Virus record (IMG/VR): IMGVR_UViG_3300043178_000179
DNA: 64,000 bases
Source of the DNA: a virus
Taxonomy: Duplodnaviria > Heunggongvirae > Uroviricota > Caudoviricetes
Direction: 5' to 3' (one strand)
Position numbers and translations under genes: made by a program
Part shown: positions 9,471 to 19,025 of the stretch, piece by piece
How positions within the stretch are numbered: position 1 is the first letter of the stretch
Layout: every line of letters begins with the position of its first letter
Notes under the pieces: generated by a model
Databases searched by the model: none
Told to the model about the DNA's origin: nothing
What the model saw: only the letters and a program-made list of their open reading frames with translations

Positions 9471-9773
9471 ATGGCCAACCCGAAGATCCTGCATGCGGCC
9501 TACGTTGTCGCCGCCCTGGTGGAACTGGTCGGGGACCTGGCCCCGAAGGTGATCGCGGCGCTAGAGCGCGGCGTGGACGCGCCGGCGGCCGCTGCGGCTG
9601 TGCTGGACATGCTCGGGGAGCACCGGGTCGGCAAGGTGAGTCCGCGCACGCTCCGTTTCTTGACGCTCGGGATCGCGTACCTCGTCGAGGACCTGAACCG
9701 CGAGGCCGCGGGAGAGGCGGCATCGGCGTCCACGGCCTCGACCGAGGTCGTTCCTTTCGGCCACGGGGGTTGA
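9471..9773 (+). CDS. hypothetical protein
   Basis: 100 aa, protein-like composition, ATG start. Confidence 0.4.
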   Translation: MANPKILHAAYVVAALVELVGDLAPKVIAALERGVDAPAAAAAVLDMLGEHRVGKVSPRTLRFLTLGIAYLVEDLNREAAGEAASASTASTEVVPFGHGG

Positions 9774-9776
9774 GCG

Positions 9777-10907
9777 GTGGCTTGCGCGCGCTACGGACAG
9801 GAGACGACGCTTCCGACCGGGGTGATCGGCCAGGTGAAGCCGGACGCCGCGACGCAGCCGCCGACGATCTACCAGGCGCTCGCGGCGGGAGCCGGCTTCA
9901 CGGCGGACGCTGACGGTGCCCGCGAGTTGCGGAAGCGTGGCTTCCAGGCGGACGAGGTGGAGCTGAGCCAGGATGACCGTGCCTGGCTGGTCCGGAACGT
10001 GAACGCGGCCTTCGCGAAGGGGACGGTGTGGCGGATCGCCTGCCCGGCGGGACGTATCGCCCGGGATCTCGCCGGGGATGTCTCCTGTGTGACGCTGGCC
10101 GGGTACGTGGGCCTCGACTTCGCGCAGGCCGCAGCCCAGCGCGGCACGGACCTGTCGAAGGACATGGGCGCGGCCTACTCCTGGGTCTCGCCGACGGCCG
10201 TGAGGTTCCGGTTCCTCAAGGGGACGCAGGGTGCGAGCCCGCAGGCGCTCCAGGACGCGGAGCGCTCGGCTCGCGCGCTGGAGTCGATGGCCAAGGCGGT
10301 CCGGGCGATGGAGCCGGTGATGGCCCAGCTTGCGGAGAAGCTGCCCTGGTCGATCCGGGGTTCCTACGCGCGGGCGCTCACGCTTCTCGTCGAGAGCGCG
10401 CAGCCGCTCCGGGCCTACCGCGCGGCGTATCCCGCGAAGGGGTCGGCCGCGCGGCTCGGAGCGCTTCCCCCGGTCCCCCCGGTGGTGCTGTGGGCGGTGG
10501 TGATCATCGGCGCGATCGGCGGGGTGCTGATCTGGCTGGCCTACAAGCAGGAGGACCACCTCCGCGCGAGCGCGGAACTCCAGGTGGCCCAGAACCAGCT
10601 CCCGCTGGTGTTGGCCGAACTGGCCAGGGACCCGGCGCAGCCCAAGGAGGTACGTCGCGCCGCGGCCCAGGCGCTCCAGGAGTGGATGGAGAAGATGCCT
10701 CCTCCGCCGGCGCCGCCAGCGGACCCGCTGTCCGCGCTGACGGATTTCCTCAAGGTGGCCGCGCCCGTGGCGGGTGTCGGATTCCTCCTGTACGCGGCGG
10801 CCCCGATGCTTCGCGAACTCGGCCGGACCGGCGCGGAACAGGTCCGGCAACGCCGGTCCCAGCGCATGCTTCCGGTCGAGGGCCAACGGGCGAACGGCCG
10901 GGCTTGA
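9777..10907 (+). CDS. membrane protein, hypothetical
   Basis: TM segments 'VVLWAVVIIGAIGGVLIWLAY' and 'VAAPVAGVGFLLYAAAP'. Confidence 0.5.
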   Translation: MACARYGQETTLPTGVIGQVKPDAATQPPTIYQALAAGAGFTADADGARELRKRGFQADEVELSQDDRAWLVRNVNAAFAKGTVWRIACPAGRIARDLAGDVSCVTLAGYVGLDFAQAAAQRGTDLSKDMGAAYSWVSPTAVRFRFLKGTQGASPQALQDAERSARALESMAKAVRAMEPVMAQLAEKLPWSIRGSYARALTLLVESAQPLRAYRAAYPAKGSAARLGALPPVPPVVLWAVVIIGAIGGVLIWLAYKQEDHLRASAELQVAQNQLPLVLAELARDPAQPKEVRRAAAQALQEWMEKMPPPPAPPADPLSALTDFLKVAAPVAGVGFLLYAAAPMLRELGRTGAEQVRQRRSQRMLPVEGQRANGRA

Positions 10908-10909
10908 GC

Positions 10910-11038
10910 GTGGCGGTGCCGCCGTATCCATGGGACTGGAACCGACTGCTGACGGAGCAGGATCCGTTCACCGGTACGACGCCGGTCGAGACGGTCGTGT
11001 CGGAGCTGGCCGGTCTGCCTCGCCGAGCTGGTCGGTGA
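10910..11038 (+). CDS. small hypothetical protein (42 aa)
   Basis: GTG start 3 nt after the upstream stop. Confidence 0.3.
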   Translation: MAVPPYPWDWNRLLTEQDPFTGTTPVETVVSELAGLPRRAGR

Positions 11039-11042
11039 GCGC

Positions 11043-12647
11043 ATGGCTCGCGCCCGCACGCGCCGCTGGCTCGCAGCGCACGACGCCGAGCTGCGCTCCG
11101 TGCGGACTGCCGCCGAGCTCACCGACCTGATCCGGGTCTACGACGCCGAGGTCACCGGCCGCGCCTGGGAGGCGCGCGAGGCGCGGGAGGCGGGTCGCCG
11201 GCGCCACGTCGCCGCGCGGCGGACGGAGCGGGTGCAGGCGCTCCGCGCGGCCGCGGCCGCCGCGGACCCGGGCCCGGTCTCGACGCCGGAGGCGGGCCGA
11301 CGCTGGGCGAGGCTCGGGGTGCTGCCGCGGCCGGTGTACCACGCGACCCGGTTCGGTCCGCAGGTTCTGGCCACGGGACTGCGGAGCCGGTTCCAGCTCG
11401 CGGTGGGGGCGAAGGAGACGGCCCGTCCCCGTCCCGTGGGCCTCGGCGGCGGACCCGACGAGTACGTCTCGGTGACGCCGAGCCGTGTGCTGGCGTTGCG
11501 CCTGGCCGCGGCCTTGCAGGCGATCAACGAGGCGTTCAAGGATCCGGAAGGCGTGAGCGCCTGGTTCCGGGAGCACTGGCTGCCGTGGGTCTATCGGAGC
11601 CGGGTGTGGAGGGAGAAGCACTACTCCGGGGACCGGCCCGGTCCCGAGTTCGTCCGCAGGGTGCTGAACGACGCCTCGCAGGTTGTGTTCGGGAAGCCCT
11701 GGGCTCCTCCACAGGTGCATGTCCCCTGGATCATGGGAGGCCAGTACCCGGTCCCGGCCTCCTCGATCAGCGTGGTGACGGCCTACGTGCAGGCGGACCA
11801 GTTCGTGAGCAGTTCCTGGAAGGCCACCGACCGGACCTGGGGGCTGGTGGTGGACGCTCCGGCCATGCTCCGGCCGGACTGTCCCCGGGTCCGTGGTGGT
11901 CCCCGGACGAACATCGTGGATGCCGTCCGGCCTGCCGAGTACGCGCCGCTGCTCCCCGCGGCGGTGGCGACCGCGACGGAGAACCCTTTCGAGGGGAACG
12001 AGATCCGCGCCTGCCCCGAGGACGTGACCGTGGTAAGTTTCCAGCCGGTACTCAACTGGCGGAGGATCCTCATGCCCCGATCCGGAAGCGCGTCTCGTCA
12101 TTCGCCCGGCCATTCGCCCGGCTACTGCGAGGTCCCCTGGCTGGCGTCGGGCGGTCGCAACGTGACCGCGAAGGTCCCCGCGGCCCTCGCGGAACCCGGT
12201 GTGGATCCCTTCCAGGAGCAGCGGCGTCGGTGCGTGCTCGCGGTCTACAACCGGTTGGTGGCCTCGGGCGAACCGGAGGGTCGGCAGACCACTTCCCGCG
12301 CCTTCGCGATCTGCACGAAGCAGCTCCAGCGGTACGGCTACATCGTCCCAGGGACGGCCCGTCCGACGCAGAAGGGGATGGCCCGCTCGCTGGAGAAGCT
12401 GGCGGGGCCGCAGGCGGCCGAGCGCCGCGCGGCCTACGAGCAGGTGCTCCGGACGGCCCGGCAGGGTCGGCCGTCGCTCAAGGAGCGGCAGCAGGCGCGG
12501 CGGAAGCTGGACGCCCTACTCGCGCAGGCGCAGAAGGAGTCGGCGAAGGTCATCCCGCTGCCGACCGGGATCGACCGGCTGCTGCGCGAGGCGAAGCGGG
12601 CCGCGAAGCGCCGGACCTCGCGCCGCGGGGCCGCGGCCCGCTGGTGA
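11043..12647 (+). CDS. hypothetical protein (534 aa)
   Basis: ATG start, protein-like composition. Confidence 0.5.
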   Translation: MARARTRRWLAAHDAELRSVRTAAELTDLIRVYDAEVTGRAWEAREAREAGRRRHVAARRTERVQALRAAAAAADPGPVSTPEAGRRWARLGVLPRPVYHATRFGPQVLATGLRSRFQLAVGAKETARPRPVGLGGGPDEYVSVTPSRVLALRLAAALQAINEAFKDPEGVSAWFREHWLPWVYRSRVWREKHYSGDRPGPEFVRRVLNDASQVVFGKPWAPPQVHVPWIMGGQYPVPASSISVVTAYVQADQFVSSSWKATDRTWGLVVDAPAMLRPDCPRVRGGPRTNIVDAVRPAEYAPLLPAAVATATENPFEGNEIRACPEDVTVVSFQPVLNWRRILMPRSGSASRHSPGHSPGYCEVPWLASGGRNVTAKVPAALAEPGVDPFQEQRRRCVLAVYNRLVASGEPEGRQTTSRAFAICTKQLQRYGYIVPGTARPTQKGMARSLEKLAGPQAAERRAAYEQVLRTARQGRPSLKERQQARRKLDALLAQAQKESAKVIPLPTGIDRLLREAKRAAKRRTSRRGAAARW

Positions 12648-13183
12648 ACGGAGGCTGGCTGGCGCTCGGCGCGTCCGCCGGGCTCGCCCTGGCCGCCGGC
12701 GTACCGAGAGGAGCGGCCGCGCGCCTGGCCGCACCGATCCGCCGGCAGGTGGTCCCGCTCCAGCGGGCATCCGTGCAGGTGTTCACCTGCGACACGGCCT
12801 TCGGGGACTGCGACCCGGAGCGCCCGTCCAAGGGGCATTGTCTGTTGGCCGCGATGGCACTCCAGGACCTCGTGGGCGGAAGCATCCGGACCGGGACGGT
12901 CCAGGGTACGCCACACTACTGGAACCGGGTCGGCCCCTTCGAGGTGGACCTGACGGCGGACCAGTTCGGGTTCAAGGCCCCCCGCTGGCGCCGCGGCCGA
13001 CTCTACGCCGGGACGAGGTTCCCCCGGGAGGCCGGGGAGGCGCTGGCGCCGGTCGGTCAGAACGAGACGGTGAACGGGCTGTACCGGAGGTTCCGCCGCC
13101 GCCTGGTGCCCCTGTTGCGCGGCGCCGGACTCGCGGGCGCCGCGAAGACGCTCTCACGTCCCTTGACCGTTCTCAGCCGCTGA
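12644..13183 (+). CDS. hypothetical protein
   Basis: GTGA overlap with the upstream stop. 'CDTAFGDCDPERPSKGHCLLAAMAL'. Confidence 0.45.
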   Translation: MNGGWLALGASAGLALAAGVPRGAAARLAAPIRRQVVPLQRASVQVFTCDTAFGDCDPERPSKGHCLLAAMALQDLVGGSIRTGTVQGTPHYWNRVGPFEVDLTADQFGFKAPRWRRGRLYAGTRFPREAGEALAPVGQNETVNGLYRRFRRRLVPLLRGAGLAGAAKTLSRPLTVLSR

Positions 13184-13664
13184 CGCTCACGTAGACGTAG
13201 TGGTCGCCCTGGTCCGTTCGGAGCCAGAAGTACGCCTCGGCATCGGAGCCGACGTTGGCCTTGAGCCGCATGTCCGCCTCGCCGTCCACCTCGTCCGGGA
13301 CGGTGACGACGAGCCAGCCGTACCCGTTGTCCACGGTGATGCCGGTGGCGCAGCCCCGCAGCGAGACGTTCTTGGTCTGCCCGGCGTTCATGGCGATGTA
13401 GTCGGCCACGACGATACCTTCACAGGGCACGGTGTCGCCCGTCTCGTGGCCGCCGGTCTCCGCGGTCTCGACCGCCGTGTCGTCGCCGCCGGTCTCGGGC
13501 GTCCCGGTCTCCTGGACGTCGGAGTCCGAGCCCGAGTCCGAAGGCACGCCGGTGTCGCCGGTGTCGGCGGTGTCCCTCACGATGCCGTCGGGCCGGCGTC
13601 CGTCGGCCATCCGCGCGTTGAGGTCGTCCACGTCCAGCATGACGCAAGCGAGGAGCAGGGTCAC
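13173..13664 (-). CDS. putative lipoprotein with an acidic D/T/G-rich linker
   Basis: 'MTLLLAC' short signal with a lipobox-like LLAC. Tail-to-tail with the upstream plus-strand operon. Confidence 0.5.
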   Translation of the reverse strand: MTLLLACVMLDVDDLNARMADGRRPDGIVRDTADTGDTGVPSDSGSDSDVQETGTPETGGDDTAVETAETGGHETGDTVPCEGIVVADYIAMNAGQTKNVSLRGCATGITVDNGYGWLVVTVPDEVDGEADMRLKANVGSDAEAYFWLRTDQGDHYVYVSVSG

Positions 13665-13714
13665 GAAGCCTCCATGACAGGCTAAGGGAGCCTATCCGCC
13701 CCGCTCCGCGGCTG

Positions 13715-14131
13715 TCAACCGTTCCCCGCCTCCGGCCGCGGAAGCGACAGGTTCGGAGACTGCACGGTGAGCCGCCCCGCGAGGATGTCGTCGCGCACGT
13801 GGTCGGCCATCCTGGCCGCGAGGGCCTGCACGACCTCTTGGTTGAGGCCGTGCCGGTACAGGTTGAACAGCCGCGCCTGGTCGGAGTCCACGTTCCGGGA
13901 GATCCGCCCGATCACCTCGGCCACCGGTCCCTCGCCTACCACGGATTCCTCCGGCAGCAGGCCGAACTCCGCGAGGCGGCACTCCAGGTTGGTGAGCGCG
14001 ATCGCCATGAGCGTGTCGTCGGGCTGTCGGCCCGGTTCGAGGCTCCGGTCATGGCAGGCCGCCAACACCTCGCGCACCGCGAGGACCGCGATCCGCAACT
14101 CCGAGGGGACGTGGACCGGGAAGGTACTCAT
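13715..14131 (-). CDS. hypothetical protein
   Basis: Likely start at 'MSTFPVHV'. Divergent from the plus-strand gene at 14425. Confidence 0.4.
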   Translation of the reverse strand: MSTFPVHVPSELRIAVLAVREVLAACHDRSLEPGRQPDDTLMAIALTNLECRLAEFGLLPEESVVGEGPVAEVIGRISRNVDSDQARLFNLYRHGLNQEVVQALAARMADHVRDDILAGRLTVQSPNLSLPRPEAGNG

Positions 14132-14424
14132 GTGGCCGCCCTTAGCCCCGTAAGGCCAAGGCGTCAAGGCATCGCTTGACATCGCGCCCATGGCGCGCTA
14201 AGCGGGGTTCATGGTCGTCATCGTCAGTCGCGGCGGATGGTCGAGGCGGTCCAGAGGGGCCGGCCGCGCGCCTGTACGGTCCCGCGAGGTGGGTGTGTTC
14301 GGACTGAGCACCGACCACCGGAGACCGACCATGCCGAATGACCTCCTGATCCGCCAGTACGGCCCCCGGCGACCTGCTCGCGGATCTGAGCAATGATCGC
14401 CGCCATGCCCGGGAGCGGGCCCTG

Positions 14425-14883
14425 ATGTCCGGCCAGGTCCCGCTGTTTCCGAGGCCGCCCCGCCGCTACGCCCCGGCGCGATCCGCGCGCCAGGAAGCTG
14501 CCGAGGCCCGCCGAGAGCTGCTTGCCCAGCTCCCCGCCCCGTTGCCGTCCGATGCGCCGGTGGAAGCGCTGGCCCGCGGGGATGCCTGGTGCGAGGCCGA
14601 GGGTCGGTGGACCCGCGTGCTCCGCTTCGGTGAAGCCGCCTTCGATCTCGCGACGGTGGCCCGCTTCACCTGGGGGCCGGCCCCCTGGCCCTGGTGGTGG
14701 GCGGTCCACGACCCCTGGGCCGAGGCGGTGGAGGGCCGCCGCGCCGGTGGCTTCGCGAGCGGGATCGTCCGCGAAGGCGAAGCGGCCATTCTGACGGCCA
14801 TGCGCCGGGCCGACGAGCGGTTGGTGCGGGCCGGGCTCTCCGCGCCGCCGGAAGGCTACCCCGAGGTTCTCCTGCGGGGATAG
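14425..14883 (+). CDS. hypothetical protein
   Basis: Protein-like 152 aa with 'WGPAPWPWWWAVHDPW'. Confidence 0.45.
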   Translation: MSGQVPLFPRPPRRYAPARSARQEAAEARRELLAQLPAPLPSDAPVEALARGDAWCEAEGRWTRVLRFGEAAFDLATVARFTWGPAPWPWWWAVHDPWAEAVEGRRAGGFASGIVREGEAAILTAMRRADERLVRAGLSAPPEGYPEVLLRG

Positions 14884-14892
14884 GCTCCGGCG

Positions 14893-15921
14893 ATGACAAT
14901 CGACGAGTTGCTTCGACGCTCACGCCCCGTCTCGGACTGGTCCGGGGTGACGATCGCCCGCTGGCGGCTTCCGGACTTCGAGCCGATCGCGGTGGCCTTC
15001 TCGGGTGGGAAGGACAGCCTCGCCTGCGTTCTCCATCTCCTGGAGCTGGGCGTGCCGAAGGAGCGGATCGAGCTGTGGCACCACCTGATCGATCCGCCTG
15101 GCCAGCAGTTCATGGACTGGCCGGTGACGCCGGCGTATTGCAAGGCGGTCGCCGACGCCCTGGACCTCCCGATCTACTTCTCCTGGAAGGAGGGAGGGTT
15201 TCTCCGGGAGTTGCTGCGTGAGAACGAGGCGACCGCGCCGGTCGGCTTCGAGACTCCGAGCGGCCGCGTGATCCGCGTCGGTGGAAAGGGCCCTCCAGGG
15301 ACCCGTCGTCGGTTCCCGCAGGTCTCGGCCGATCTCAGCGTGCGGTGGTGCAGCGCGTACCTCAAGATCGACGTCGCCGCGCGGGTGATCACGAACGATC
15401 CGCGCCTGGACGCCGCGACGATGCTGCTCGTGACGGGAGAGCGCGCGGAGGAGTCGCCGGGCCGGGCACGGTATGCCGAGGCGGAGCAGCACAAGACGAC
15501 GACACGCCGGCGTCTTGTGGTCCAGTGGCGCCCGGTGCTGCGCTGGCCGGAGTCGGAGGTCTGGGAGATCATCGAGCGCTGGCGGATCAACCCGCACCCC
15601 GCCTACCGGCTGGGCTGGGGGCGCCTGAGCTGCATGAGCTGCATCTTCGGCGATCCGCGCCAGTGGCGCGCGGTCCAGCAGATCGCGCCCCGGGCTTTCG
15701 CACGGATCGCCGCCTATGAGCAGCAGTTCGGGACCACGATCAGCCGCGAGGGCAACGTCGTGGACCGTGCCCGCTGGGCCGGCGCCGTGGCGCTGCCGCC
15801 AAGCAGCGCGCCCATCGTCGCGAGCGCCATGAGCGAGGAGTTCACCGAGCCCGTGGTGTTGCCCTCCGGCGCCTGGCTGCTTCCCGCCGGCGCGTTCAAG
15901 AGGAGCGGGGGCCCGACTTGA
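14893..15921 (+). CDS. PAPS reductase-like PP-loop ATP pyrophosphatase (second paralog)
   Basis: PP-loop 'AFSGGKDS', 'SVRWCSAYLK', C-terminal 'CMSCIFG'. N-terminus 'MTIDELLRR' resembles the DLDALL motif family. Confidence 0.7.
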   Translation: MTIDELLRRSRPVSDWSGVTIARWRLPDFEPIAVAFSGGKDSLACVLHLLELGVPKERIELWHHLIDPPGQQFMDWPVTPAYCKAVADALDLPIYFSWKEGGFLRELLRENEATAPVGFETPSGRVIRVGGKGPPGTRRRFPQVSADLSVRWCSAYLKIDVAARVITNDPRLDAATMLLVTGERAEESPGRARYAEAEQHKTTTRRRLVVQWRPVLRWPESEVWEIIERWRINPHPAYRLGWGRLSCMSCIFGDPRQWRAVQQIAPRAFARIAAYEQQFGTTISREGNVVDRARWAGAVALPPSSAPIVASAMSEEFTEPVVLPSGAWLLPAGAFKRSGGPT

Positions 15922-16381
15922 ACTCGGAGATCCTCGGCACGTCGCGTCCAAGGTCACACATACGCCGGATGTGAGAGCAAAGGGTGCGAAGCGCGGAAAG
16001 CTCCAATCCGACCCTGGGCGCAACCTGTCTCAGGATCTGGGAGAAACGCACGTCGTCCATGCGCCTTCCCCCGCTGATCTCGCTCCGCACGGCGGCCTCG
16101 ACCTCTTCCATCCCGGCACGCGCCCGCAACGCCTCAGTCGCCCAAGGGCGAGCGGCCACCTTGGTTGGGACGAACCAGCGATACCACCGCTTCGCGAACG
16201 TGTGCCGACTTCCCTTATCGGTCGTATCCAGCGAAGCAAGGATCGTGACGTTCGGTGCATGTCGACGTACCATTGCCGCTTGCTGGTAGGTGACGCGCAC
16301 GAAGCCGGGACGGCCCCCCGAGTTGTCCTCGATCCGCTCGGCGCCCAGAGAATGGCGCGAGCGCCCGACAAACTTTGGCAT
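15896..16381 (-). CDS. hypothetical protein
   Basis: 161 aa in a slightly lower-GC stretch. Contains 'SRHTFAKRWYRWF'. Confidence 0.4.
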   Translation of the reverse strand: MPKFVGRSRHSLGAERIEDNSGGRPGFVRVTYQQAAMVRRHAPNVTILASLDTTDKGSRHTFAKRWYRWFVPTKVAARPWATEALRARAGMEEVEAAVRSEISGGRRMDDVRFSQILRQVAPRVGLELSALRTLCSHIRRMCDLGRDVPRISEFKSGPRSS

Positions 16382-16413
16382 CGCCGGATGATAGCACGCA
16401 CAGCGAGGTTACG

Positions 16414-16914
16414 ATGCGGGGGATGGACCTGGACACCCTGCTCGCACGGGCCCGCCGCGGGGCCCTGGAGGACCTGCTGGCCAGGGCCGCGCCGGTCTGG
16501 CCGGAGCCGTGGCACAGGATCCCCGGTTATGCCCCCGACGGCTACCGGATTCGGCTGAGCGGCCAGGAGCTGTTGGCCTTGCAGTGGCTGCTGGTCGAGG
16601 CCACCGCCCTTCGGAACAGCGCCCTGGTGGAGCTGCGAAAGCTCACCCGTGGCAGGTTCCCTTCGGACCCTCTCGGGCAGGTCGCGGCGCTGCGTCAGCA
16701 CGGGCTCGTGGGTTTCCGCAGGATCTCCGGGAGCGGGGACGGGGACGTGGTGCTGGCGGCTCCGATCGCCCGTGACGTGGAAGGCGCGATTCGGCCCGCG
16801 CTCGCCGCTCCGAGCAAGGGCTACGGGCGACCGACCGCGGCGCAGTTCGAGCTGTTGTCGCAGGCCCTCGACCCCAGCCAGATCGCCAAGCGGCGCTACC
16901 CGAGACCGCGCTGA
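16414..16914 (+). CDS. DLDALL-motif family protein 1
   Basis: N-terminus 'MRGMDLDTLLARARRGALEDLLARAAP'. Confidence 0.5.
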   Translation: MRGMDLDTLLARARRGALEDLLARAAPVWPEPWHRIPGYAPDGYRIRLSGQELLALQWLLVEATALRNSALVELRKLTRGRFPSDPLGQVAALRQHGLVGFRRISGSGDGDVVLAAPIARDVEGAIRPALAAPSKGYGRPTAAQFELLSQALDPSQIAKRRYPRPR

Positions 16915-17558
16915 TGGACCTCGACGCGCTGCTGAGGAGGGCCAAGCGGAGCCGGAGCCCGAAGAGGAAGCCGGCCCTGGACCTGGACCGGTTGCTCGCG
17001 GCCGCCCAAACCCCCGAGGTCGCCCTCGTCGTCCCACCCGCGCCGACAGCCCGGCAGCAGGCCCAGGAGGCGCGGGCGCAGGCGGCCCGGGCCCAGGCCG
17101 CCGTGGCGGCCGTCCAGGGCGCCGTGAGCACGAGGCCGCTGATCGAGTTTCCCGGGCTCGTGCTCGTGTCGCCGCAGGCCCCCGGCGCGCACGGTCGGAT
17201 CTGGTCGACCGACGATCCGGCCATGGCCGCCGCCGCGGCCGTTCGGCTCCCGGGTGACCGCGGCTTCCGCGGCGAGATCATCCTCCTCCGGGGCCGGTTC
17301 GCGATCGTGGCGGACATCCTGGGCACCGGGCTCATCGTCGCCGACACCCAGTGGCCACTGGAGCGCGCGCAGCCGGTTCAGCCGATCGGCGTCGGACGGC
17401 CGAGGCACAACTACGCCTACCTGGTGCTGTCCAGGCTGCGGGACAGTTCGATCACGGAGGTCCGGCGGCAGATGGAGCTCCGCATCTTCCTGGAGAAGAC
17501 CTTGAACGAGGGAAAGCTGCCCCCGATCGCCTACCGGGAGGCCACCCCCTGGCGATAG
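16914..17558 (+). CDS. DLDALL-motif family protein 2
   Basis: 'MDLDALLRRAKRS...ALDLDRLLAAAQ'. ATG overlaps the upstream TGA (TGATG). Confidence 0.55.
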   Translation: MDLDALLRRAKRSRSPKRKPALDLDRLLAAAQTPEVALVVPPAPTARQQAQEARAQAARAQAAVAAVQGAVSTRPLIEFPGLVLVSPQAPGAHGRIWSTDDPAMAAAAAVRLPGDRGFRGEIILLRGRFAIVADILGTGLIVADTQWPLERAQPVQPIGVGRPRHNYAYLVLSRLRDSSITEVRRQMELRIFLEKTLNEGKLPPIAYREATPWR

Positions 17559-17606
17559 GGCTTGTGCGGTCGTGCATCGCGGTTCGCGGCACGGTATGCT
17601 CCTGCC

Positions 17607-18251
17607 ATGTCCGGGTTCCCCCTGTTCGCGGTGCGCGGGAGCCGAGCGCTCGATCTGGACGCGCTGCTCGCGCGGGCCGGAGCCGAGGCGCGACCGAGCC
17701 CGATCGACGCGCTGTTGGCCAAGGCCAAGGTGCTGACGCCGGAAGGGCTCAAGCAGGGGAGAACGGAAGCGGATCTCGCGGGCCTGCGCGCGGTCTTTGG
17801 CAAGGCCGGCCGCCGCTACCTGGACGCGCTCCTGGCGGGACGGAAGACGATCCAGATCCAGGGGCGGAGGTACGAGTTGACGGAGGTATTCCGGGGCAGC
17901 CTTGCTGGGAAGGTCATGCTGGCGGACGGCTACATGGCCTGGCCCGTCGCCCAGGCGCCGGCCGGTGTGAAGGTGGATACCCGGTGGCCCACCTTCGACG
18001 AGATCGGCAGGGACTGGGCGGGCCCCGACTCGGCCGTCGTCCGTTCCATCCTCTTCTCGCCGGAAGGTGACGAGGCCATCCTCGACCCGCCGGATCCTGT
18101 TCGGGTCAACGCGATCCGCCTCGCCGCCATGGCCGAGGCCGTGGACGGGACAGCGCTGCGGACCAACGCAGGCGCTCCACCGAAGGACCTGGCGGCGACG
18201 GTCCGTGTCGATGGCCGGCGCGGTACGGCCTGGCTCGCGGTGCTGCGATGA
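17607..18251 (+). CDS. DLDALL-motif family protein 3
   Basis: 'ALDLDALLARA...IDALLAKAKV...YLDALLAGRK'. An alternative start at 17562 is possible. Confidence 0.5.
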   Translation: MSGFPLFAVRGSRALDLDALLARAGAEARPSPIDALLAKAKVLTPEGLKQGRTEADLAGLRAVFGKAGRRYLDALLAGRKTIQIQGRRYELTEVFRGSLAGKVMLADGYMAWPVAQAPAGVKVDTRWPTFDEIGRDWAGPDSAVVRSILFSPEGDEAILDPPDPVRVNAIRLAAMAEAVDGTALRTNAGAPPKDLAATVRVDGRRGTAWLAVLR

Positions 18252-19025
18252 AGATCGACGACCTGCTGCGGAAGGCCGGTGCGGCCGCGAAGCCGAAGGT
18301 CTCGCTGGACGCGCTGTTGGCCGCCGCCGCGCAGGAAGCGCCCCCGGCGACCCCGGTCTCGTCTCCCCGCGCGGCCCCGCGCCGCCCGTCGCCGCCGCCG
18401 CCCCCGCGCCGACAGCCGGCCGCCCGCGGCCCGGCCATGCCCGGCGCGCGGGCGTTCACCGACGCCGACATCGCGGCCGCCGAGGCGGAACCGCCGAAGG
18501 GATGGCGGGTGCGCAGGTTGGATCCGAAGTCCCTCGTCGGCGGCGCCGTGACCTGGATCCGTCCGATGGACAGGCCGGTGGGTGGCCTGGAGTGGGACGC
18601 GCTGGTCTCGGTGAGCTGGGCCCTGGGCTCCTGGCACGGGGCGTCCGGCAAGGACGGGTGGTGGACGGTCCGGTCGCTGCCTTTCGACGGTGTCGAGCGC
18701 TCCTTCCACGGGGACGACGCGAAGGCCGCGATCCGCCAGGCGTTCGCCTGGATGCGCTCGGCGCCGAAGCGTGGGAGCCGCGCGATGGAGAAGCCGGAGA
18801 TCGCCATCGTCCGTGTCGAGCCGATCCACCAGGGCTTCAAGCCTCACGCGATGGCGAAGGCGGCCGCCCGGGGACGGACCTACGACCCGCGCGAAATCGT
18901 CGCGGTCCGCGTCACGATCGCGGCCGCGGACGCTACCACCGCCCAGAGCGAGTGGGCGAGGCAGGCGGCCCGCGAGGCTGCGTGGAAGGTCACCCGCGGA
19001 CCACGACCTGGGAAGTTTCCTGATG
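18248..19025 (+). CDS. DLDALL-motif family protein 4 (3' end uncertain)
   Basis: 'MKIDDLLRKAGAAAKPKVSLDALLAAAAQ'. ATGA-coupled start. The frame stays open into R/G/P-rich sequence, so the true stop was not identified. Confidence 0.4.

Noticed and set aside
14176-14200. Palindromic operator-like site overlapping a TTGACA hexamer between divergent genes
   Set aside because: On re-reading only the 6-bp CCATGG core is truly palindromic and the flanking arms do not pair. This is too weak to call.
15896-16381. Possible tyrosine recombinase fragment ('SRHTFAKRWY' resembling the integrase box II LRHTFA)
   Set aside because: Only a 5-residue match. No downstream HxxR...Y catalytic region. The protein is too short (161 aa) and the rest does not resemble integrases.
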